A stretch of DNA of 64,000 nucleotides from contig CANPZN010000002.1 of NCBI GenBank assembly GCA_947588785.1, forward strand, positions 2,123 through 66,122, in the 5' to 3' direction. Under the pieces are notes generated by a model. That model was not told the DNA's origin, did not search any database, and saw only the letters and a list, made by a program, of their open reading frames with translations. Origin of the DNA: Candidatus Gastranaerophilales bacterium (GTDB lineage Bacteria; Cyanobacteriota; Vampirovibrionia; Gastranaerophilales; Gastranaerophilaceae). This document shows positions 30,166-39,863 of this stretch, piece by piece (the first letter of the stretch is position 1; the number at the start of each line of letters is the position of its first letter). The translations under genes were made by a program, and so were the position numbers.

Positions 30166-33100
30166 GTGAACATTCAAAAGAATCATTTAAATCTTCAAAA
30201 TATTGCATTTAAAGGACACAAAAAAACAATAGATAAAACGGGGTATGATGTTCATAAGTTTTATTATGTATATGATCCCAAAAAATATGATTGTGAACTG
30301 GAATTATATAATATAAACAAAGATAAAAAAGGGAATATGTCCATATCAGGGGATAAAATAGCATATCCAATGAAAGACGGATCAGTTACAATAGATATGG
30401 ATGAGGTATCAGAAATAACGTCAGATATAGGTTTTGCATATAGATTTAAACTAACGGACAAAACATCAAAAAATAAAGAAGTATCATATGCATTTGATAA
30501 TGGAACAGTAATAGGAATATTTGATAATATAAAAAATTCTGATAATAAATTTAATGTAATATTAAATAATCGTGCAACAATAAATAAAAATGGCCCAATG
30601 CAATTAATAATGCCCGATATATATTATCCCGGAGTAGAAGGAATAAACGGGAATGCAGTATTAAATCAAAGTTTAAGAGGGATAGCTCTTTCAAGTGTAA
30701 GAACCCATGCTAATAAATTGGGCGGAAATTTCATGGGAATTATAAAAAGGTTAAATGAATTAGAAAAAGAAGGTGTAAAAAGAATAGTAGGAACACCGTA
30801 TACAAAAGACACTATTTCATCACATTTATATTGGACGGAGAATGGATATCAAATAGCCCCAACATTAGGAACGGAAAAAGATTTTAAAAAACTTCAAGTT
30901 GAATTGTTTAAACACGGAATGAATTGGATAGCAGATGCCGCATTAGTAAATGAAGGTTTTGGCGGGATACATATGTCAGAATTACTGAGAAAGGGTAATG
31001 ATTCAATATCAAAGGATATGTTTAGGGCTGATTCAAGAATATCACTCGGAATACTGCCTGATAAATGCGATTATACAAGAATGAAAATAATAAATGCTCC
31101 ATTCTTAATAGATAAGGATGGAAAATATCACGCTAAAAATCCATCATATACTTCTTTAAAACCAACATATGTCCAATTTTATGATTCACGATTAGCAAGT
31201 GAAAAACAAATAAATTCAGAATCTCCGATAGATACAACTACATATGATAATAAAAATACAGATAATATATATGATATAACAAAGCATGATGATGCGGTAT
31301 ATCCTTTCCCCTTAGAAGTAAGCCCGGAACAGTTAAAAAGGAATGCAAAAATAATATCGGAACAAAAAGGGAAAATTGATTTAGCAGACATAGATACAAT
31401 AAAACAATTAAATGAGTATACAAATTTTAATGTTGTAAATAAAAGTGCCGCAGGTGGACTTGAGGTCTGGGACGGTAATGTAGATATAGCGAAACTTAAT
31501 TTTTATAGATGTGATAAAGATGATTCAAGATTTATAGATTTACCTGATTATCAAAGAGAACAAGCAATACAAGATTTTAACAGAGGAACTCTTGCTGTTA
31601 GGGAATATGCACTAAACGCAGGTAAGTATTGGACACAATTAACATCAGATACATTATTGCAATATGTGTCTGAAATGCTCGGAAAGGTTGATGATGATCC
31701 CCAAACAATTTTAAATGAAATAAAAGATCTTGAAAATAAAAATATTCTGCCAAAAGATCCTGAAAATAAAATTGATGAAGAAGTCATAAAAAATGTTTTG
31801 GATGATAATTATAATTTGCATCGCTTGGATGATGCTGATATGAGGGCAGATATCAATCCGGAAGATTTTGGAAATGATTATAATGTTAATGATTATATAT
31901 TAAGAAAATCAATGGAAGTTCCATTAGAAACATTACCAATAGCAACAAATTTATTAGGAATTATAACTTCCCCGTATATTGCCAAAAAACCGAATATTGA
32001 AAATGAGTTAGGTGTTTCCCGATATGATTTATATAAAGCCGGGAATCCGAATCTGCCTCAAAAATATAAGGAAGTATATCAACAGGCTGAAGAATTCTAT
32101 ACAGAACAAGTAGTACCTTTTATAGATGAGATAATACAAAATATTCCGGATATATCTGATGATAAAATGGTATCAGAATATGGGAAGTATGTAATATCTG
32201 AAATTGTGCCCGATCTGACAAAATATCTTTTTGTAAAAGCTTTAGATCCAAATGCGGATATTAGAATAAGTAAAGATGGAAAATTCGATTTCTCAAATGT
32301 TGATGAAAGTAAAATTACGATTCAATCTTTAGGAATACCGTTTAATGGAATGTCAATGGAAGAAGAAGCTCAAATTGTAATTAATTCATTAAGAAATGGT
32401 GTATCGAAAATAAATGAATCAGATAAAGAAGAATTAATAAAATCCGTAAAAACAAGATTCAAAAATAGATCATTAGAAGGCTTTAAATTAGCAGAAATGA
32501 TAATAGACAGAACAGAATCAGGATTGGGCTGGAGAATAGATGCGGCAAAAGATATAGCATCCATTGATTCAGTACGTTCAGATGCGGATTCTATGACAAA
32601 AGCATGGAAAAATGTTACTGATTTCTGGGGTAAATACAATCAAGCAGTATTGGATATAAACAGGCATGCATATACTACAGCAGAAATAACAGATTTGGCA
32701 GATTTATTTAGAAATGAAGATAAAGGTACATATACAAGTGATGCGGATGCTGAAAGAAAATTCATAGAGGAAACTGGTATAACTGCAGTAGCAAATTATA
32801 ATTATTTCTTTTCATTATTGCCTTCTTTGTTCTCAAAAAATTCTTTTGAAACAGGTGATTCTAATTGGGAAGTAAATGAAGGAAAAAACTTTGAAATAAG
32901 AGAAAAACTAGATACAGGATGGTCAGGAACGAACCCTGGATTTTTGTTCCAGAGTCCTGATGATGGTGTAGTGAATTCATATACATTTATAGGAAACCAT
33001 GATAAACCAAGAGTATTACATTGTCTTGGATTAGATATGGGATTGTTTAATTCTGACTTTACAAATGAAGAACATAAAAAAGCCGCTGCTTCTTGTTTAG

Positions 33101-34125
33101 ATATGAATGAAGAAGAAATTGATTTTGACAGATTAAGCAATAAAGCTGTTGCAATGGCAACAAGATTAAATTCTGCGTTTGAAGAAACGGTAAAAGATTC
33201 TAAAGAGTTAAGTGAAATAAAAAAAGCAATAAAAGATTTAACTTTAGGCGAATTTAAAGGCAGAAAATTTGATGCGGAAGCATTTGGAACAAGACCATTT
33301 GAAGTAGCAATAAAATCTGTATTAGATGAAGTTGAGTATAATAAAGGTAAAATTAGTAACAGAGACAATGTTGAAGCGGAAACTATTAAATCGATATTAG
33401 AACCTGCATTTAGAAAATTTTATGCTATGTATAAATTATTAATGGTGTTACCGGGAAGTCCTACAGATTTCGCAGGAGATAGAGTAGGTTCTACCGGGTA
33501 TGAATCAAAAGCCAAAAATTATCATCAACAAAATAGAAATGTAATAAATTGGGAATGGTTGGAAGATGATAATTATAAATTTATAAAAGAATTTTATAAT
33601 AATATGAATCAAATAGCTAATATAAGAGGAAAAGATGAACTTAGTGCATTAAATGATGGTTCAACTGTTACACTGCCTATTCTTCAGGAAGATGAAAAAA
33701 GTTTTAATGAAAAAGTTCAAGCATTTTTAAGATACAATGATAAAGGTTCAATTGTATTGGTAATTACGGATAACCATAATTCTAATACTCCGATTGAAAA
33801 AGAAATGAATACAAGTTCATTAGTATTATCACCTGTCCAAAACGGTAGTATAGCCAATAGAATTATTCTGTCGGCAGATCAATTTAATGCTAAACAAGGA
33901 TTAAAACATGGACTTACTGAAGGTACAATATTAAAAAATGAACGAAGTGATGATTCTTATGTATATAAAATCGAAAAAATGAAAATACAAGATAAAGATA
34001 CAAAACAAGAAAAAGAATACTATTATTTAAAAAAGGAAGATCAAAACGGGAACGAAGTTCCATTAGAAATAACTCCTGAAGATTGTAATACTTTGATTTT
34101 ATATAAACCATTAAGTGCTAAATAA
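30166..34125 (+). CDS. Very large GH13 (alpha-amylase superfamily)-like protein
   Basis: GTG start with AAGGAG 6 nt upstream. GH13-like regions I WIADAALVNEG, II GWRIDAAKD, III TTAEITD, IV FIGNHDKPR. About 530 aa lie between regions I and II. No signal peptide seen. Confidence 0.55.
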   Translation: MNIQKNHLNLQNIAFKGHKKTIDKTGYDVHKFYYVYDPKKYDCELELYNINKDKKGNMSISGDKIAYPMKDGSVTIDMDEVSEITSDIGFAYRFKLTDKTSKNKEVSYAFDNGTVIGIFDNIKNSDNKFNVILNNRATINKNGPMQLIMPDIYYPGVEGINGNAVLNQSLRGIALSSVRTHANKLGGNFMGIIKRLNELEKEGVKRIVGTPYTKDTISSHLYWTENGYQIAPTLGTEKDFKKLQVELFKHGMNWIADAALVNEGFGGIHMSELLRKGNDSISKDMFRADSRISLGILPDKCDYTRMKIINAPFLIDKDGKYHAKNPSYTSLKPTYVQFYDSRLASEKQINSESPIDTTTYDNKNTDNIYDITKHDDAVYPFPLEVSPEQLKRNAKIISEQKGKIDLADIDTIKQLNEYTNFNVVNKSAAGGLEVWDGNVDIAKLNFYRCDKDDSRFIDLPDYQREQAIQDFNRGTLAVREYALNAGKYWTQLTSDTLLQYVSEMLGKVDDDPQTILNEIKDLENKNILPKDPENKIDEEVIKNVLDDNYNLHRLDDADMRADINPEDFGNDYNVNDYILRKSMEVPLETLPIATNLLGIITSPYIAKKPNIENELGVSRYDLYKAGNPNLPQKYKEVYQQAEEFYTEQVVPFIDEIIQNIPDISDDKMVSEYGKYVISEIVPDLTKYLFVKALDPNADIRISKDGKFDFSNVDESKITIQSLGIPFNGMSMEEEAQIVINSLRNGVSKINESDKEELIKSVKTRFKNRSLEGFKLAEMIIDRTESGLGWRIDAAKDIASIDSVRSDADSMTKAWKNVTDFWGKYNQAVLDINRHAYTTAEITDLADLFRNEDKGTYTSDADAERKFIEETGITAVANYNYFFSLLPSLFSKNSFETGDSNWEVNEGKNFEIREKLDTGWSGTNPGFLFQSPDDGVVNSYTFIGNHDKPRVLHCLGLDMGLFNSDFTNEEHKKAAASCLDMNEEEIDFDRLSNKAVAMATRLNSAFEETVKDSKELSEIKKAIKDLTLGEFKGRKFDAEAFGTRPFEVAIKSVLDEVEYNKGKISNRDNVEAETIKSILEPAFRKFYAMYKLLMVLPGSPTDFAGDRVGSTGYESKAKNYHQQNRNVINWEWLEDDNYKFIKEFYNNMNQIANIRGKDELSALNDGSTVTLPILQEDEKSFNEKVQAFLRYNDKGSIVLVITDNHNSNTPIEKEMNTSSLVLSPVQNGSIANRIILSADQFNAKQGLKHGLTEGTILKNERSDDSYVYKIEKMKIQDKDTKQEKEYYYLKKEDQNGNEVPLEITPEDCNTLILYKPLSAK

Positions 34126-34163
34126 TAAGTAAAAAAATAATTTTTGTTGTATAATTTTATGAT

Positions 34164-34190
34164 CATACCCGAGAAATTTTCTCGGGTATG
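34164..34190 (+). terminator. Perfect palindromic hairpin after the GH13-like gene
   Basis: CATACCCGAGAAA-T-TTTCTCGGGTATG. The core CCGAGAAAATTTTCTCGG is a palindromised version of the repeat head TCCGAGAAAATTTT. Confidence 0.65.
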
Positions 34191-34310
34191 GTTTGATATA
34201 ACTATGAAAATAAATATTATGATAAGAACTGAAAAATTCAAGTTGCTTATGGAAAAATTTTTATTGATAAATTAAAATAAAAGTTAATTATAAAGAAAAA
34301 GGATATAAAT

Positions 34311-35753
34311 ATGAAGTTATATAATACATATACTAATTCAATAGAAGAATTTAAACCAATAGAAGATAATAAAGTTAAAATGTATGTATGTGGGCCGACT
34401 GTATATGATTATCCTCATTTAGGTCATGCAAGGTGTTATATAACATGGGATATGTTGTACCGATATTTAAAATATCTGGGCTATGAGGTAACATATTGCC
34501 GAAATATAACAGATGTTGATGATAAAATATTAAAAAAAGCAAGGGAAGAAAAAACAACAGCTGAGGTTATATCTCGCAGATATTATGAAATATTTGCAGA
34601 TTCCATGAAGAAATTAAATGTTTTAAAACCGGATATAGAGCCATTTGCAACAAAAACACTGGGGGAAATGATATCAATCATAAAAGATTTAATCAAAAAT
34701 GGCAATGCCTATGAAAGTCAGGGGGATGTATATTTTCGAGTAAAAAGTTTTAAAGATTATGGAAAGCTCAGTAAACAATCAATAGAAGATTTAAAAGCCG
34801 GAGCAAGAGTTGAAACATCCACAATAAAAGAAGATGAATTAGATTTTGCACTATGGAAAAAAGATGAAGAATTCGGCTATTCATCACCGTGGAGTAAAGG
34901 ACGTCCCGGATGGCATATTGAATGTAGTGCAATGAGCAGAAAACACTTGGCAAAACACATAGATATTCACGCAGGTGGAGCCGATTTGATTTTTCCTCAT
35001 CACGAAAATGAAATAGCACAATCAGAATGTGCTAACGGTTGTAAATTTGTAAATTATTGGCTTCATAATGGATTTGTTACAATTAATAAGGAAAAAATGT
35101 CAAAATCATTAAAGAATTTTATTACAATAAATGATTTATTAGAAAATTATGACGCTAACACAATAAGAATATTTATACTTACAAATCATTATAGAATGCC
35201 TGTTGAATTTAATGATATTGCCTTAGAAGGTGCAAAATCAGGATGGAAACGAATACAAACATCAATTAATCAGGCTCTAAGATATTTGGGAAATGAAAAT
35301 AATTCATTGGATATTAATAATGAAGAAGAAATAAAATTATTTAAAGAAGCAATGGATAATGATTTAAATACATCAAAGGCACTTGCTGTTATATTTGATA
35401 CAATTACAAAATTAAATAAATCGGTATGTGAAAAAAATAAAGATTCAGCTCGAAAATATTGCTCTATAGCTATAACTCTTACAAACGTTTTAGGGTTTAA
35501 TATAGAAAAGGAAAAACTCTCTCAAGAAGAGCTACAAAAGAGATTAGACAAAATAATCGCAGAAATGGATTTTCTTACAGATGAAGATAAAAAATTAAAT
35601 GGATATTTATTAATGGATAAAATTATTGAATATAGAAATAATGCAAGAAAAGAAAAAAATTGGGCAATTGCGGATAAAGTAAGAAACTTGTTTGATTCTA
35701 TATCAATAGTATTAAAAGATACAAAAGAAAATACAATATGGGAAGAAAAATAG
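34311..35753 (+). CDS. cysS: Cysteinyl-tRNA synthetase
   Basis: Class I HIGH (HLGHAR) and KMSKS motifs, CGPTVYD, WHIECS zinc site. Confidence 0.96.
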   Translation: MKLYNTYTNSIEEFKPIEDNKVKMYVCGPTVYDYPHLGHARCYITWDMLYRYLKYLGYEVTYCRNITDVDDKILKKAREEKTTAEVISRRYYEIFADSMKKLNVLKPDIEPFATKTLGEMISIIKDLIKNGNAYESQGDVYFRVKSFKDYGKLSKQSIEDLKAGARVETSTIKEDELDFALWKKDEEFGYSSPWSKGRPGWHIECSAMSRKHLAKHIDIHAGGADLIFPHHENEIAQSECANGCKFVNYWLHNGFVTINKEKMSKSLKNFITINDLLENYDANTIRIFILTNHYRMPVEFNDIALEGAKSGWKRIQTSINQALRYLGNENNSLDINNEEEIKLFKEAMDNDLNTSKALAVIFDTITKLNKSVCEKNKDSARKYCSIAITLTNVLGFNIEKEKLSQEELQKRLDKIIAEMDFLTDEDKKLNGYLLMDKIIEYRNNARKEKNWAIADKVRNLFDSISIVLKDTKENTIWEEK

Positions 35754-35867
35754 GGAACAAATAAATATAAAAATTGTCTAAAATAATGTGTTCAAAAATT
35801 AAGAATCTAAAATTGTGCAGAACACAAAGGATTTAAGAAGATTAAAAAAGGAAGTATATAAAGTAAA

Positions 35868-35894
35868 AGAACACGACCTTAAAAGCCGTGTTCT
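35868..35894 (-). terminator. Rho-independent terminator for the minus-strand sORF
   Basis: AGAACACG (35868-75) / CGTGTTCT (35887-94) stem, followed on the minus strand by TTTTACTTT. Confidence 0.55.
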
Positions 35895-35916
35895 CATGTA
35901 AATAGTTTGATACTCG

Positions 35917-36012
35917 TTAATGTGCATTTCCGAAGTGTTCAAATTTAGAAGGAACCCAAATAAGCAAGAAATACATTAGAGCACCGAATAAAAATAAGTA
36001 GAGACCATCCAT
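35917..36012 (-). CDS. Unannotated 31-codon hydrophobic sORF
   Basis: Hand translation MDGLYLFLFGALMYFLLIWVPSKFEHFGNAH*. AAGGAA SD about 8 nt upstream, own terminator downstream. Below the ORF-track length cut-off. Confidence 0.45.
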   Translation of the reverse strand: MDGLYLFLFGALMYFLLIWVPSKFEHFGNAH

Positions 36013-36100
36013 AACACAATTCCTTTTTTTAAATAATCACATGTATATAATGCCCTTATTAAAAAAAAATTAAACGTATGTATATAATAAAAGAGGTAAG

Positions 36101-36433
36101 ATGGATAAATCAAAATTAAAACAATTGTTTTCCGGATTGTGCTGCAGTGTTTGCAAACATGATTTTGATGAAAATGCAATATTTATAAAAAGGCAAGAAA
36201 AAGATTTACTTGTATTAAAAATTATATGTCCGAAATGTGGTAAGAGTTTTGGAGTAGCACTTTTGGGGACATCAGGATTTGAAATAAAAGAAGGGGAATC
36301 TCCATTTGAAATTCAGGAAACACCATTACCTATAAATTATGATGATGTAATAGAGGCTCACAAATTTATTGATAAATTGGAGAAAGACTGGACAAAATAT
36401 ATACCGGATGAATTAAAAAATCCAAAAAAATAA
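36101..36433 (+). CDS. Small zinc-ribbon protein
   Basis: CSVC...x25...CPKC pairs. 110 aa. Confidence 0.5.
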   Translation: MDKSKLKQLFSGLCCSVCKHDFDENAIFIKRQEKDLLVLKIICPKCGKSFGVALLGTSGFEIKEGESPFEIQETPLPINYDDVIEAHKFIDKLEKDWTKYIPDELKNPKK

Positions 36434-36442
36434 CATAACAAT

Positions 36443-36542
36443 ATTTAATACAGTGTAGCAATCGTAAAGTTATCGGATACAGGCTTACTCGCTTCAAGTG
36501 TTCGCTGCTTTGTAACGTTCCTTATTGCAAAATTTTCTCTGA
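36443..36542 (-). repeat. Repeat-family copy (R13), inverted orientation
   Basis: The reverse complement reads CAGAGAAAATTTTGCAATAAGGAACGTTACAAAGC...GCTACACTGTATTAAAT. Shares GGATACAGGCT with R12. Confidence 0.75.
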
Positions 36543-36564
36543 TGTATAAATAATGAAATCGAGT

Positions 36565-37434
36565 TTATAACTCTGGTTTATCTTTTAATCTTGCGAATTT
36601 AAAATCTTTATAAAAATAGTTGAGGATTTGATAAGCATTGTAGCCTTGTGCTGCAAGATTATTGGCACCGTGCTGGCTCATACCGACACCGTGCCCGTTT
36701 TTTTTCGTTCCATAATCAAAAGAAGGTACTGATTGTAGAAAAGAACTACCGGAACTCCAAACTTTTGTTTGCCCGCCGGAGCTGGCATGATAATAAGTAG
36801 GAATTACTTTCATGTCTTGAACAAGAACAATTCCTTTCGTATCATCAACAGCTTTAGAGGTAGTAACTTTTTCCGCACTGGCACCTCCATATGCTTGATC
36901 AGCCGTTGTATCAACTAAATCATAACCTTTAGAAGCATGTTTACCAGCACTTCGTGTAGCAATAGCATAGCTTCTTGCCGCAATAGCCTGAGCTTTTAAT
37001 GCTTCTTCATTCCATTTAGACGGCATTTCAGAAGGAACAACCCCTTTTAAATAATCTTCAAGATATACATCATTTATTAAAGTTATTGAATCTCCTAAAT
37101 TATTAATTAAGAAATTACCTCTGTACCAGGCTCTTTTTTGACATAAAAATCCTGGTTTCATTGTTCTTATGGCAACTTGATTCGTTTTAAGAGGAATATT
37201 TTTTTTATCAATGTTAACTAATAATTCATTCCCGTGAGGCTTAAAATGATAAATAATCATGGGTCGAATTTGGTATAAAGATTTATTATTAATAGTATCA
37301 TATATTTCAGCAGGAACTGAAGAAGCTATTTTTACTTCCTTTACACTTGTTTGTAATCCTATTTTAATTGCTTCTGCTTTCGTACAAAAAGAAAATAATA
37401 CGAAAAGTGTAATTATAAATAATTTTATACGCAT
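36565..37434 (-). CDS. SpoIID/LytB-domain protein (peptidoglycan remodelling)
   Basis: Signal peptide MRIKLFIITLFVLFSFC. YLKGVVPSEMP...EALKAQAIAARSYA...YHASSGG motifs. Confidence 0.85.
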   Translation of the reverse strand: MRIKLFIITLFVLFSFCTKAEAIKIGLQTSVKEVKIASSVPAEIYDTINNKSLYQIRPMIIYHFKPHGNELLVNIDKKNIPLKTNQVAIRTMKPGFLCQKRAWYRGNFLINNLGDSITLINDVYLEDYLKGVVPSEMPSKWNEEALKAQAIAARSYAIATRSAGKHASKGYDLVDTTADQAYGGASAEKVTTSKAVDDTKGIVLVQDMKVIPTYYHASSGGQTKVWSSGSSFLQSVPSFDYGTKKNGHGVGMSQHGANNLAAQGYNAYQILNYFYKDFKFARLKDKPEL

Positions 37435-37612
37435 ATCCGAAACCATTTTACACTTAGTAGTAATATAATAGCACATAAATTTTCTGAAATGTATAAAATC
37501 ATATAAATAGAGGATAAAGTATTTAACAAAATATTATATATCAACTAAAAATAGGACTACATTTGACATTTAATAGTTTATTATTAAATATGTAAAAAAA
37601 GGGTAAAGTTGT

Positions 37613-38305
37613 ATGACATTTATTGGCGGAATAAATTATACCGATAGAGGAATAGTCCAAAACATTCGAGCAATGAGAATGCAAACAATGTTAATGGGTA
37701 TTGCGAATGAAAACGTCGCAGGATTCGATAAAGTGGGCTATCAAAGGAAAATACCCGTAGTTTCTTCTTTTGCGGAATATATAGGCGAAGATGCAATATC
37801 GGTAACTACAGATGACACGGTAGGAAGACTCGGAATTTCCGGAAATCCTTTAGATGTGGCACTCGCAGAAAAAGGATATTTTCAAATGAAAACACCCGAA
37901 GGAATAAAGTTAACCAGAGACGGAAGATTTAAAATGACAAAAGAAGGCGAAATACTTGCCTTAGATGGTAGTCAAGTACTTACAGACATGGGTACTCCGT
38001 TAAAATTACCAATAATACCTGAATCAATTGAAGATATAAATATAGATTTGTCCGGAACAGTAAGAGTATTAAACAGAAAAACAAGAAAATTTGAATTGGC
38101 AGGAAACTTGTCAGTTGTAAACGCAGATGGTTCAATAGTGTTAAATCCTAATATAAGACAAGGCTATAACGAGTATTCAAATGTGACACTGGAAACTGAA
38201 TTTTTAGAAGCACTTCCATATCCAAAAACATTTAATGCTAATTTGCAGCTTTATAAAATGCAAAATACGAATATACAAAGAGCAATATCTTCGTTAGGCA
38301 GCTAG
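37613..38305 (+). CDS. flgF: Flagellar basal-body rod protein, FlgF-like
   Basis: N-terminal rod-family helix (IANENVAGFDKVGYQRK), GYFQMKTPEG...TRDGRF, position before flgG. Confidence 0.7.
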   Translation: MTFIGGINYTDRGIVQNIRAMRMQTMLMGIANENVAGFDKVGYQRKIPVVSSFAEYIGEDAISVTTDDTVGRLGISGNPLDVALAEKGYFQMKTPEGIKLTRDGRFKMTKEGEILALDGSQVLTDMGTPLKLPIIPESIEDINIDLSGTVRVLNRKTRKFELAGNLSVVNADGSIVLNPNIRQGYNEYSNVTLETEFLEALPYPKTFNANLQLYKMQNTNIQRAISSLGS

Positions 38306-38317
38306 GAAAGGATATAA

Positions 38318-39031
38318 ATGACAACAATACAAGGAATAATTAATAAAGGTGTAATAAATACAGAACTTCAATATGAAAGAATGAGCTATATATCATCAAA
38401 TGTTGCAAATTATAATACTAACGGATATAAAGCAATGAGATTTGAACAAGTTCTAAATGAAAACGGATATTTAACCGGTTATGAACGAACTGATTATTCA
38501 AATGGTGCAATAACAAGAACAGGACATGAACTAGATATAGCAATAGATGGTCAAGGATTTATTCCCGTAACATCACCTACAGGAGATGTAGTATATACAA
38601 GAGATGCTTCATTTAAACTGGATAAAGACGGTTATATTATAACAAATGATGGTTATCTTGTCGGAGATGGAATACAACTTCCCGTAAATTATGAAAATAT
38701 AAAAATAAATACTAATGGTGATATTGAAATATTTTCTAATGACGGAACAAAAAGAGAATTATTGGGAACAATACCTCTTGTAACGTTTAGGAATCCGGAA
38801 GGTTTAAAATTTAGTGATAATAATAAGTATCTGTTAACGGAAGAATCAGGTGATCCGATATTAGAAAAAAATCATACAAAATTTTTGCAAGGAAATCTTG
38901 AGTCAACAAATGTAGATTTGTTTAATGAAGTAAATCAATTATTAAGATTAAATGCCTCATTACTTGCCAGTAATAAAGTAATGAGTGCGGTTAATAAAAT
39001 GTATTCAGAAATGTTGCAATTGAATCAATAG
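38318..39031 (+). CDS. flgG: Flagellar distal rod protein FlgG
   Basis: SSNVANYNTNGYK, GFIPV...YTRD.SF..D.DGY, C-terminal LESTNVDL...L....AS.K. Confidence 0.82.
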   Translation: MTTIQGIINKGVINTELQYERMSYISSNVANYNTNGYKAMRFEQVLNENGYLTGYERTDYSNGAITRTGHELDIAIDGQGFIPVTSPTGDVVYTRDASFKLDKDGYIITNDGYLVGDGIQLPVNYENIKINTNGDIEIFSNDGTKRELLGTIPLVTFRNPEGLKFSDNNKYLLTEESGDPILEKNHTKFLQGNLESTNVDLFNEVNQLLRLNASLLASNKVMSAVNKMYSEMLQLNQ

Positions 39032-39047
39032 CAGAGAAGGTGATTAA

Positions 39048-39398
39048 ATGTTTCCGATAAACAATCCAATGAATAGAACGTTAAATGCATTAGATTTGAT
39101 AGCAGAAAAACATAAGGCATTAGCAAGTAATTTAGCAAATATGAATACGCCGAATTACAAAAGAAAAGATGTATCATTCACGCAATATTTAGCAGGTAGT
39201 ACAAATTCTTTGGAAACAAAACTGGCTTCAAAATTGGGTGCGTCACCTATAAATATTGAAACAAGTAATGAAAAAATTGATCCGGCGACGGAACTTGCGG
39301 AATCACAAAAAAATGTGATGATGTATACAATAGCAGCAAGAAGAATGACATCTTTAATAACGGAAATGCGTCAAGTAATTAATATGGGTAACGGATAA
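39048..39398 (+). CDS. flgB: Flagellar proximal rod protein FlgB
   Basis: LASNLANMNTPNYKRKDVSF; 116 aa. Confidence 0.85.
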   Translation: MFPINNPMNRTLNALDLIAEKHKALASNLANMNTPNYKRKDVSFTQYLAGSTNSLETKLASKLGASPINIETSNEKIDPATELAESQKNVMMYTIAARRMTSLITEMRQVINMGNG

Positions 39399-39841
39399 TG
39401 GGTATATTTAGTGCAATGAATATCGGCTGTGATGGACTAAAGGTACATTCGGCAAGGTTGGATTTAAACTCAAAGAATATAGCGAATTTGGATACTCCTA
39501 ATTATGTTAGAAAAATACCATTAGTAGTAGCGACAGACAGGAGTTCATTTCTTAGTGTTATGAATCAAATGAAAGAATCGACTTTTGGTGCCGGTACACT
39601 TCCATATTCAACTGGGAGTGTGGCTCTGGCAGGAGTTGTAGAAGATCCGACACTGGGCGAAAAAATATATAAACCCGGTCATCCTGATGCTGATGAAAAT
39701 GGTTATATAAGAACTTCAAATGTTGATCCGTTAGTTGAAATAACTGATGCAATAATGGCACAGAGAGCATATGAAGCGAGTCTTGCGATATTAACAATAA
39801 CTAAAACAATGGCTGATAGGGCATCTTCAATAGGAAGCTAG
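39398..39841 (+). CDS. flgC: Flagellar proximal rod protein FlgC
   Basis: SKNIANLDTPNYVRK...SNVD...EITDAIMAQRAYEAS. Confidence 0.9.
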   Translation: MGIFSAMNIGCDGLKVHSARLDLNSKNIANLDTPNYVRKIPLVVATDRSSFLSVMNQMKESTFGAGTLPYSTGSVALAGVVEDPTLGEKIYKPGHPDADENGYIRTSNVDPLVEITDAIMAQRAYEASLAILTITKTMADRASSIGS

Positions 39842-39863
39842 ATTTAAGGGGTGTGTGTAAAAG

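Noticed and set aside
32802-33368. 188-aa minus-strand ORF inside the GH13-like gene. Similar long antisense ORFs: 50160-50678, 53648-54031, 52649-52999, 10704-11093, 17362-18003, 4597-4950
   Set aside because: They are shadow ORFs opposite well-supported genes, with Ser/Phe/Ile-rich low-complexity translations. They lack an SD or family motifs.
34191-34310. T-box leader upstream of cysS
   Set aside because: The spacer is AT-rich, with no specifier hairpin or T-box (AGGGTGGTACCGCG-like) sequence.
37477-37612. Sigma-28 type promoter (TAAA-N15-GCCGATAA) upstream of the flagellar block and other flagellar genes
   Set aside because: No convincing match was found by eye. The isolated CCGATA words lie inside coding sequence.
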